Below, piece by piece: positions 1 to 5,672 of a stretch of 21,591 nucleotides of DNA (positions are counted from its first letter, which is position 1; each line of letters begins with the position of its first letter). The stretch lies in the IMG/VR virus record IMGVR_UViG_3300030517_000001, positions 1 through 21,591 of that record. The stretch is one strand, 5' to 3'. The notes below the pieces were generated by a model. The model was not told the DNA's origin. It ran no database searches and saw only the letters and a program-made list of their open reading frames with translations. The position numbers and the translations under genes were made by a program. The DNA is from a virus.

Positions 1-127
1 CGACGCGCTCGGTGGCGAGCGGACAGAGGCATCGGCAAGGGTAAGCGCTCCGTTGCCATTGCCCGCGTCTTCTCATCTCGCGGGGGCCGATCACAACCCA
101 GCGTCCGAAGCAGTCGCCGTCTTTGAT
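1..127. repeat. Terminal overlap, identical to 21465-21591 (circular closure or direct terminal redundancy)
   Basis: Base-by-base identity of cgacgcgctcggtggcgagcgg...cagtcgccgtctttgat at both window ends. Confidence 0.95.
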
Positions 128-163
128 TTGGTGCGCCCTGGGAAGAGTTTCAGGAGCGAGCAT
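1..163 (-). CDS. HNH endonuclease, 5' part. The gene starts at the ATG at 163-161 and continues across the circle junction into 21464..20953.
   Basis: Minus-strand reading from ATG 163 gives MLAPETLPRAHQIKDGDCFGRWVVIGPREM..., in frame with ORF 20953..21558. The TGATG overlap joins it to the stop of the upstream gene. The G-R-W-V-V-I plus C-x-C ... SCGC N-terminal pattern is typical of this phage HNH family. Confidence 0.7.
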   Translation of the reverse strand, partial: MLAPETLPRAHQIKDGDCFGRWVVIGPREMRRRGQWQRSAYPCRCLCPLATERV

Positions 164-570
164 CAGTTCGCCGCCTTCCCGGCCAGAACGCGGGCGGCCC
201 TGATCCGCGCCCGGACGGCGGCAATCATCAGCGGACCATGCTCCTGTCGGAACGGGGGACAGCAGGCACTCCACTCTTCGGTGCCATCCATGAGCTTGCA
301 GGTGACGAGGTAGCGGTCACGGGGGTCGCTCTTGCTGACAATCTGCATTCCGGCTTGGACACAGAGGCCGGCGCGGAAGAGCGTACTTTGTTCGTCTTGG
401 GTGAAGGTGAAGCCAGCGAGGATGCTGGCGATCCGGTCGGTGCGGGTGCGGGCATGCTCCTCGGCAGCAATGTAGCTGCTCTGGCGCTGCTGATCACGGT
501 CCCACAGGCGATCAGAGAGGGCATTTGAGAGGGCGTCAGAACGGGGCTGACGCAGGGTACAATGCGGCAT
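163..570 (-). CDS. Hypothetical protein (~135 aa), first gene of the leftward operon
   Basis: This is the internal Met (MPHCTLRQ...) of ORF 163..714, preceded by GGAGA 8 nt upstream. The region upstream of it is the promoter/inverted-repeat DNA. No family recognised. Confidence 0.5.
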   Translation of the reverse strand: MPHCTLRQPRSDALSNALSDRLWDRDQQRQSSYIAAEEHARTRTDRIASILAGFTFTQDEQSTLFRAGLCVQAGMQIVSKSDPRDRYLVTCKLMDGTEEWSACCPPFRQEHGPLMIAAVRARIRAARVLAGKAAN

Positions 571-660
571 CTGGACAATCTCCCAACTAGGTTGTTCAGC
601 TAGGCTTCGGCGAGGATCACTAGTTCTCGCCGGGGCCGTCTCTTTATTGCTGACACAGTA

Positions 661-689
661 ATTGTACCAGAAAAACTTATCGTTGTCAA
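661..689 (-). promoter_or_regulatory. Leftward sigma70-type promoter, TTGACA-17 nt-TACAAT
   Basis: Minus-strand -35 is at 689-684 and -10 at 666-661, read directly. It lies in the left arm of the 26-bp inverted repeat. Confidence 0.6.
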
Positions 690-733
690 GTTTTATGGAA
701 AAATAATTTGACAACGATAAGTTTTCCTGGTAC
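664..733. repeat. 26-bp inverted repeat (25/26 match), arms 664-689 and 708-733, 18-bp AT-rich spacer
   Basis: gtaccagaaaaacttatcgttgtcaa versus ttgacaacgataagttttcctggtac. Each arm carries one complete promoter. Confidence 0.9.
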
Positions 734-736
734 AGT
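708..736 (+). promoter_or_regulatory. Rightward sigma70-type promoter, TTGACA-17 nt-TACAGT
   Basis: -35 at 708-713 and -10 at 731-736. The GTG start of the next gene is at 743, implying a leaderless or near-leaderless mRNA. Confidence 0.6.
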
Positions 737-742
737 GATGAC

Positions 743-970
743 GTGGAAAACGAAGACCTACTTACTGTGCCTCAGACAGCGGCGGAACTCGGTGTTACAC
801 GAAGCGCGGTTCACATTGCACTTGCAGAGGGCCGGCTGCCATTCGTCGTGAAGTATCAGCAAAAGTTGGTATCTCGCCCCGACCTAGACGCCTACAAGCA
901 GCGGACGCAGCCAGAGGGCGTGAAGAGGGTGGGGAGGCCGAAGAAGGGGCAGAAGGAAGCGACCTCATGA
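743..970 (+). CDS. Excisionase-family / MerR-like HTH (HTH_17-type) DNA-binding protein, 75 aa
   Basis: LLTVPQTAAELGVTRSAVHIALAEGRLPF is the typical HTH_17 signature. It has a basic C-terminal tail and is the first gene of the rightward unit. Confidence 0.7.
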   Translation: MENEDLLTVPQTAAELGVTRSAVHIALAEGRLPFVVKYQQKLVSRPDLDAYKQRTQPEGVKRVGRPKKGQKEATS

Positions 971-1137
971 GGCACACTGTTCTCTTGCCGCCGACCACGT
1001 CCACGACCGCAACCCTCACTCTGGCAGGGACTACCTACACGTTGCCTCTATGGACGCCCTACGTCATTCTTGGCGTTATTTTGGCAATCGCTGGGATTGT
1101 TCTCTTGATAGCATTGAACTCCCGCCGCTCACATTGA
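967..1137 (+). CDS. Small single-pass membrane protein, 56 aa (not in the supplied ORF track)
   Basis: ATGA overlap with the upstream stop. My translation is MRHTVLLPPTTSTTATLTLAGTTYTLPLWTPYVILGVILAIAGIVLLIALNSRRSH, with one clear TM helix followed by a basic anchor. Confidence 0.45.
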   Translation: MRHTVLLPPTTSTTATLTLAGTTYTLPLWTPYVILGVILAIAGIVLLIALNSRRSH

Positions 1138-1141
1138 GCGG

Positions 1142-1681
1142 GTGGCCCGAGGCCATGCCGATCTGGATGCCTACAAACCTCTCACCCCGGAGCGAAGGAG
1201 CCACCACTTGAATACACCTTCTGATACACCTCTCGACAGCCAACCTGACGACCAGATCGCCCACGTTCCGTTCATGGACCCGCCGCCCCGTAGCGCGGAG
1301 GAGAAGCGTGAAGACGCCGAAAAGAAGCGAGAAACCGCCGAGCAAAAGCGAGAAGATGGCGAGACTTCGCGCTACTCGGGCGAGATCAAGCGGCGCGGTG
1401 AGGAAATCGGGCGTAAGTCCAGCGAGAACAGTCGGGAAGTGGCGGAGGACCAGCGCGAGATTACCGAAGGGCAGAGGCGGATCGTGGAACAGCTTCGTAA
1501 GGAAGCCGAGGGAGCGCGCCGGACTGCCGAGGAGGCGCGGGCGGAGGTAGCAAAGTCCCGCGTGATTGCGGAGACCGCCCGAACCATTGCGGAGCAAGCC
1601 CGCGTGGCGGCAGAGGAAAACCGGCAGAGTCTAGCCGGCATTCGAGAAGAGTTGGTGGAACTGCGGAAACGCCTCCGGTAA
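1142..1681 (+). CDS. Highly charged coiled-coil protein, 179 aa (start uncertain: GTG 1142 or ATG 1274)
   Basis: Long E/R/K/A-rich heptad-like stretch (AEEKREDAEKKRETAEQKRED...AEEARAEVAKSRVIAETARTIAEQARVAAEE). Followed by a terminator. Confidence 0.55.
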   Translation: MARGHADLDAYKPLTPERRSHHLNTPSDTPLDSQPDDQIAHVPFMDPPPRSAEEKREDAEKKRETAEQKREDGETSRYSGEIKRRGEEIGRKSSENSREVAEDQREITEGQRRIVEQLRKEAEGARRTAEEARAEVAKSRVIAETARTIAEQARVAAEENRQSLAGIREELVELRKRLR

Positions 1682-1710
1682 ATGTAAGCACTTCAAGAGT
1701 AGAGACCGAC

Positions 1711-1777
1711 AAAGAGACCCAGCCAGGCGGTTGGGGTCTCTTTTTGTTGGCTGCCCCTTCCTGCTATGGAAGGGGCA
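1711..1777. terminator. Bidirectional terminator region between convergent genes (two hairpins)
   Basis: Hairpin 1 is aaagagaccc/gggtctcttt (1711-1743) followed by TTTTTGTTGG on the + strand. Hairpin 2 is tgccccttcc/ggaaggggca (1752-1777). Confidence 0.65.
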
Positions 1778-1782
1778 ACGTT

Positions 1783-2379
1783 TCAGCGGATGTAGAAGAC
1801 TTCTTCTCCCGGCGTCACGCTCGCCCATTCCATACACTCGCCTGTTTCGGCGTCAACAGCCTGCCCTGCTGCATTTCCTTGAAGCCGTCCCCTGAGCGCA
1901 GCCGTGTCCACGCGCTCGGAGACGGCTTCCGGGCTGCGCTCTTTTGCCCAGGCGACAGCGGCAGCCTCCCCGCCCGGCGCGATCCTTAAACGGCTCGGGG
2001 AAGGCCGGTAGCCGATGACGCCGTGCGGGAGGCGCTTGCTCTTGCTGCTGCCTTTGCTCTCTGCCAGTTCGGCCCGAAGGTAGGTCTGGATTGGGCCGCC
2101 GTACTTCCATTCCAGGGCCTCGGCGCGGCGCTCACAGGCGCGCGCCATCGCTTCCATGTTCTCGCGGATCAGCTTCGCCTCGGCGCGGGCGGCGCTGACT
2201 TTGCGGAGCACCCAGTCCACGCCCGCCGCGTCGGTGGGGCAGAAGGCTTCGCCCTCACATTCTTCGGCCTCCTCTACCGCGATCATTCCGTCGCCGTGTC
2301 CGTCCTGCTCCTCGTGCTGGTAGTCCAGCGCCTCGTTTGCGTCAATGATTTCTTGCTCGGTCTGCATTAGTGCTTGCAT
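1783..2379 (-). CDS. Mu Gam-like host-nuclease inhibitor family protein, 198 aa
   Basis: N-terminal coiled coil, then KSKRLPHGVIGYRPSPSRLRI (compare Mu Gam KTANLVTGDVSWRVRPPSVSI) and a C-terminal EEVFYIR tail. Pattern match by eye only. Confidence 0.6.
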   Translation of the reverse strand: MQALMQTEQEIIDANEALDYQHEEQDGHGDGMIAVEEAEECEGEAFCPTDAAGVDWVLRKVSAARAEAKLIRENMEAMARACERRAEALEWKYGGPIQTYLRAELAESKGSSKSKRLPHGVIGYRPSPSRLRIAPGGEAAAVAWAKERSPEAVSERVDTAALRGRLQGNAAGQAVDAETGECMEWASVTPGEEVFYIR

Positions 2380-2437
2380 GGTCGGTATTCCTCTTGGGGT
2401 CGGTGGGGGCCGGGCTTCAACCCAGCCCCTTGTTGGC

Positions 2438-2656
2438 CTAGGCGGCGATCTGGCGGCTGTGGCAGGCCAGTAGCGCCATGTCCTGCCGCTCGGCCAGCAT
2501 CTCGGCCTGGGCCTCGTCCACGGCGTCTTCCAGGCAGGGCAGGCAGTAGGCGCGGCCCGTCTCCCGGTCGCGGAAGGTGGGGACGGTCCGGCGGCAGCCG
2601 GAGCAGGGCGCGGCGTCGGTGAAGATGCGGGTGAGGATGTCGGCTAGGTCTTGCAT
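2438..2656 (-). CDS. Small zinc-ribbon protein (CxxC...CxxC), 72 aa
   Basis: Contains CSGC ... CLPC. In an operon with the SWIM and Gam-like genes. Confidence 0.55.
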   Translation of the reverse strand: MQDLADILTRIFTDAAPCSGCRRTVPTFRDRETGRAYCLPCLEDAVDEAQAEMLAERQDMALLACHSRQIAA

Positions 2657-2737
2657 GGTCGCTGTCTCCTTTGAGGTCTCGGTAATGGGCGCTGGGGGCG
2701 TTGGAAACCTTTGGTTCGTCCCGCCCCCTTCGGCTGT

Positions 2738-3127
2738 TTAAGCATAATCCAGTTCGTAGCAGCTGTCGAAGAAGCTGCGGGCCTCCTCGGCCTCTTCGCT
2801 CTCCCGGTCGGCGGCCTCGGACTGCGCGGCCTCTTTGAGCATCAGGTCTACCGCCTGATAATGCTTGCAGGTTTCGTATTCGGAGAACGCGGGGCAGTCA
2901 CAGTGGTTGCCGATGGCCGTCCCGATGTTGACTTGGTACTCCTGCCCCTGCGGCCCGCTGACGTAGAAGAGGCCGTTCACGCGGCTCCTCTCCACCGTGT
3001 AGCCGTCTGCGAAGAGGGTTTCGGCTCGGCGCGTGATGTTCGTCAGTGTGCGCCCTCGGCGGTCTTCGTCATTCATGGCTGTCAGTGTCGCGGTATGCAG
3101 GGCTGTCAGTTCGGCGGTGTTCATCAT
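2738..3127 (-). CDS. SWIM zinc-finger domain protein, 129 aa
   Basis: CDCPAFSEYETCKH matches the CxCx(n)CxH SWIM signature. Acidic C-terminal tail. Confidence 0.7.
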   Translation of the reverse strand: MMNTAELTALHTATLTAMNDEDRRGRTLTNITRRAETLFADGYTVERSRVNGLFYVSGPQGQEYQVNIGTAIGNHCDCPAFSEYETCKHYQAVDLMLKEAAQSEAADRESEEAEEARSFFDSCYELDYA

Positions 3128-3171
3128 CGTTTTCCTTTGCTGTTATGGGTTTTACCCCCGTTGTTAGATGT

Positions 3172-3200
3172 ATTATACCTTCTGTTGCATGGGTTGTCAA
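3172..3200 (-). promoter_or_regulatory. Leftward consensus sigma70 promoter, TTGACA-17 nt-TATAAT
   Basis: Minus-strand -35 at 3200-3195 and -10 at 3177-3172, 45 nt upstream of the SWIM start. The -35 overlaps the 9-bp repeat TGTCAAGTG (3195-3203). Confidence 0.65.
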
Positions 3201-3250
3201 GTGTTTTTCCTACGGCAAGAAAAGTTTTATTACCGTCAGCGGGGGCATTA

Positions 3251-3273
3251 CACTTGACAGGGTGTGCTATAAT
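3251..3273 (+). promoter_or_regulatory. Rightward extended -10 promoter (TGcTATAAT) with adjacent operator-like half-site CACTTGACA
   Basis: TG at 3265-3266 and TATAAT at 3268-3273. CACTTGACA (3251-3259) is the inverted copy of TGTCAAGTG at 3195-3203. The GGAGGGAG RBS and ATG 3302 follow. Confidence 0.5.
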
Positions 3274-3301
3274 AGGAGGTCAGCAGAGGAGGGAGACAAC
3301 C

Positions 3302-3550
3302 ATGATCCGCAGCAAGCTCAAGTTCCTGCGCGTGAAGAAGGAAGAGGACGAGGGCCGCAAGCTCTCGTACAGAGTCATCACCGGCGAGACAGGCCTGTCC
3401 GAAGGCGTGCTGGTGCGCCTGATGAACTCCAACTTTGAGCGCGTGGAGACGCCGACACTCAACACTCTCTGCCGTTACTTTAGCTGCGGCATCGGGGAGC
3501 TGCTGGAGTACGTCCCTGATGCAGAAGAGAGGAAGGAAGCTGACCGATGA
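3302..3550 (+). CDS. XRE-family (Cro/CI-type) HTH transcriptional regulator, 82 aa
   Basis: The last 82 codons of ORF 2711..3550, with strong RBS GGAGGGAG. LSYRVITGETGLSEGVLVRLMN...TLNTLCRYFSCGIGELLEY is the HTH_XRE pattern. Confidence 0.8.
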   Translation: MIRSKLKFLRVKKEEDEGRKLSYRVITGETGLSEGVLVRLMNSNFERVETPTLNTLCRYFSCGIGELLEYVPDAEERKEADR

Positions 3551-3801
3551 GCGTCACCCAGGAACAACTCGACCGCTGGCGGGCCTTCGCCGCGCAGACA
3601 CTCGTGGATGTGCGGGAGGTCCGCCGGCTGATCGCATGCGGGCAGACGATGGCCGCCGATCAGCTTCTCCACGGCATGCACGACAGCGCGATCATCGCCG
3701 GCCTTGGCATGGACGACGCCGGGGCGAACCGGCCCGCCGGGATGCCGGCCAGACCGACCGGCGCGGATCGGCGGGCAGCGGAGCATGAAGCCAATGAGTG
3801 A
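3547..3801 (+). CDS. Hypothetical protein, 84 aa
   Basis: ATGA overlap with the regulator stop. High GC3 in frame. Confidence 0.5.
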   Translation: MSVTQEQLDRWRAFAAQTLVDVREVRRLIACGQTMAADQLLHGMHDSAIIAGLGMDDAGANRPAGMPARPTGADRRAAEHEANE

Positions 3802-3825
3802 GGAGCCAGCCAATGAGTGAGGAGC
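3789..3825 (+). repeat. 18-bp direct repeat x2 (agccaatgagtgaggagc), period 19, at a gene junction
   Basis: Copies at 3789-3806 and 3808-3825. Copy 1 supplies the upstream stop and the SD; copy 2 supplies the downstream ATG. Confidence 0.9.
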
Positions 3826-4103
3826 AGGAGCGGTTGAGGGAGCGGGAGGAACTGATCCACGCCCTGCGAAACTTCGCCGAACACTTCGGAGCGGCTGAGG
3901 TCTACGAGCAGGCGAAGGTGATCTACCTGGAAAGTCCCGCCGGGCGGGCCGCGCGAGAACACGAGGCGGCGGCTTCCTTCGACTCTGTTCTGCGCGATAG
4001 CAGCCGGCCTGTCTCCGACCGCCAAAAGTCAGGCGCGTCTGGCAGGAGAGCAGGCAGGGGGTCGCCGGCGTTAGAGGATGCGAAGAAGTTGCTCGGGGGC
4101 TGA
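3813..4103 (+). CDS. Hypothetical protein, ~96 aa (ATG 3813 preferred over GTG 3798)
   Basis: GAGGAG lies 8 nt upstream of ATG 3813. Product begins MSEEQERLREREELIHALRNF.... Confidence 0.5.
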   Translation: MSEEQERLREREELIHALRNFAEHFGAAEVYEQAKVIYLESPAGRAAREHEAAASFDSVLRDSSRPVSDRQKSGASGRRAGRGSPALEDAKKLLGG

Positions 4104-4127
4104 ACTCTTCTCGGGGCTGAACTCTTC
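4093..4127 (+). repeat. 17/18-bp tandem duplication tcgggg(g)ctgaactcttc x2
   Basis: Copies at 4093-4110 and 4111-4127. The first copy contains the stop codon at 4101-4103. Confidence 0.85.
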
Positions 4128-4173
4128 ACGCTGCCGCCTGCCCTTCTGATTTCACCGCAAGAAGAAAAAACCC

Positions 4174-4755
4174 ATGATCTACATTGCCGGCCTCTTTCTC
4201 TTCGTGCTCGGCGCCTTCATCGGACTGAAGCTGCCCGACTTCGACCAGTCCTTCTACTGGCGGCCCCTCATCGTCCATCGGTCGCTGCTGACGCACAGCG
4301 CCCTTCTGCCCCTGATCCTGTTCCTGACGCTGAGAGGGCACGTCCTCGGCAAGCAAGCCGACCCGCGCCTGCGGCTGCCCCTCATGGGGTTCCTGCTGGC
4401 GACGGCCGTGCATCTGTGCTTTGATCTGTTTCCCTACGCCTGGACCGGCTACGCGCTGGTTCACATCCCGCTCCTCGGCTGGGTTGGCGCGTGGCCGTCC
4501 GCGTTCTGGCTCGGCAGCGGCGCTCTCGTCAGTCTGCACTTGGCCTGCCGCCTCTTCCAGCGGATCGCCGACGTGTGGCTGGCGGCGCTCGGACTAGCAG
4601 CCTGCTACGGGTGGTCGGCGGCCCACGCCCCCACCTTTTCCTTCGCCGCTCTGGTGGCGCTCGTGGCGATGTCGCTGATTGCCTTTGCTCTTCCGCGCCC
4701 GCTGCACGACCCGGACAGCCCCGCCGATGCGCTCGCGCGTTGGAAGCGGCTTTAA
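4174..4755 (+). CDS. YdjM-like membrane-bound metal-dependent hydrolase family protein (PF04307-like), 193 aa
   Basis: Multi-TM protein with LPDFDQ...HRSLLTHS (compare YdjM LPDIDH...HRGFTHS) and a later H..FD motif. Confidence 0.55.
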   Translation: MIYIAGLFLFVLGAFIGLKLPDFDQSFYWRPLIVHRSLLTHSALLPLILFLTLRGHVLGKQADPRLRLPLMGFLLATAVHLCFDLFPYAWTGYALVHIPLLGWVGAWPSAFWLGSGALVSLHLACRLFQRIADVWLAALGLAACYGWSAAHAPTFSFAALVALVAMSLIAFALPRPLHDPDSPADALARWKRL

Positions 4756-4850
4756 CCGAAAGGGTAAAAGCCGATGGAGGTGGAGAACGAGCTGGACGTG
4801 TACGGACCGCCAGGGCGGGACCGGGACTGAGCGATCAGCCCAGCCGTGTG

Positions 4851-4920
4851 TGCCTTCTCTTGTATGCCTTCTCTTGTATGCCTTCTCTTGTATGCCTTCT
4901 CTTGTATGCCTTCTTCTGAG
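4851..4920. repeat. Tandem 14-bp repeat TGCCTTCTCTTGTA, 4 perfect copies plus 1 degenerate
   Basis: Perfect copies at 4851, 4865, 4879 and 4893. The degenerate copy is at 4907-4920. Confidence 0.95.
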
Positions 4921-5053
4921 CCTGATGCCTGAGCCTTCGGCTTTTTCGGGTTTTTCGTGGTGGCAGCGGTCTCAGCCAGCGGGCGACTTCTTTCACTTTT
5001 TTATGCCGCTGCGGGGGGACTTTTTTAGCTTTTTTAGCCTATTTCGCCAGGCT

Positions 5054-5086
5054 GAGGCTGCCGACGAGATCCCCGTCGGCAGCCTC
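5054..5086. repeat. Perfect 12-bp stem hairpin (gaggctgccgac / gtcggcagcctc), 9-nt loop, no U-tract
   Basis: Read directly. Lies in the 590-bp intergenic region. Confidence 0.8.
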
Positions 5087-5112
5087 TGACAAGGCCACTA
5101 TTTCAACGCCGT

Positions 5113-5128
5113 TATTTGACGTCAAATA
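5113..5128. repeat. Perfect 16-bp palindrome TATTTGACGTCAAATA, copy 1
   Basis: Exact palindrome, ~145 bp upstream of the promoter at 5272. Confidence 0.95.
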
Positions 5129-5271
5129 CTGCTGCGGGGACGATCCTGGCCCGCCCCCTCGCGCGTGCCCGCGCGTGTGCCCGCGCAGGAGAAACCAGCG
5201 CAGCCTTTCATCCCTGGTTATACTTCCTGAAATCCGCATTATCGGCAGTATAAATGTTACCGCCCGCGCTG

Positions 5272-5300
5272 TTGACAACGGTATTGATAACGGCTATACT
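5272..5300 (+). promoter_or_regulatory. sigma70 promoter, TTGACA-17 nt-TATACT, upstream of the integrase operon
   Basis: -35 at 5272-5277 and -10 at 5295-5300. Confidence 0.65.
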
Positions 5301-5348
5301 GAGATAGAGAAGGCAGACATGAGGGCCACTCAAGGGAGATCAAAATAG

Positions 5349-5672
5349 ATGAGGATAATTATCAGGGGAAAAGCCGGGGTTCATCTTCTCAGCTTTCAGG
5401 AGCCTGCCGAATGGACACAACTGCAAGACTTCGCCAAGCAGGCTGGATGGAAACCGGCACTCGCTAATTATAGCCCGGAAGATGGCTCTCCCGTCATCGT
5501 CGGGGCAGAGGATGCTCAAAGTTTTCTTAAAGCCCTGGCGCGACATATCACCCCTCAGCCGGACCCAAATCAGCCTTCGCATGTGCTGATCGGTAAGGTC
5601 ATCGAGGGGCTGGAAGGCACAATCGCGAATGGATTCACTCTCGAAACCATACCCTTCCTCCCAGGCGCCTAG
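5349..5672 (+). CDS. Hypothetical protein, 107 aa (lower GC than its surroundings)
   Basis: Downstream of the strong promoter, with AGGGAG upstream. Preferred over antisense ORF 5340..5747 because of operon context. Confidence 0.45.
   Translation: MRIIIRGKAGVHLLSFQEPAEWTQLQDFAKQAGWKPALANYSPEDGSPVIVGAEDAQSFLKALARHITPQPDPNQPSHVLIGKVIEGLEGTIANGFTLETIPFLPGA

Noticed and set aside
1-127. Terminal repeat as an IS/transposon end or LTR
   Set aside because: The repeat is direct and exact, lies inside a coding sequence that reads through the junction, and no transposase is present. Circular closure or terminal redundancy is the simpler reading.
163-714. Full 183-aa version of the first leftward gene
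   Set aside because: The first 48 codons overlap the AT-rich inverted-repeat/promoter DNA, and the promoter would lie inside the ORF. The internal Met at 570 has an RBS.
3254-3259. TTGACA at 3254-3259 as the -35 box of the rightward XRE promoter
   Set aside because: It is only 8 nt from the TATAAT. It is more likely part of the operator half-site CACTTGACA, and the promoter is better read as an extended -10.
2711-3550. 279-aa plus-strand ORF
   Set aside because: Only the last 82 codons (from ATG 3302, with a strong RBS) form the XRE regulator. The upstream part is antisense to the SWIM gene and crosses the promoter region.
4851-4920. 14-bp tandem repeat considered as a CRISPR array
   Set aside because: The units are directly adjacent with no spacers, are far shorter than CRISPR repeats, and there are no cas genes.
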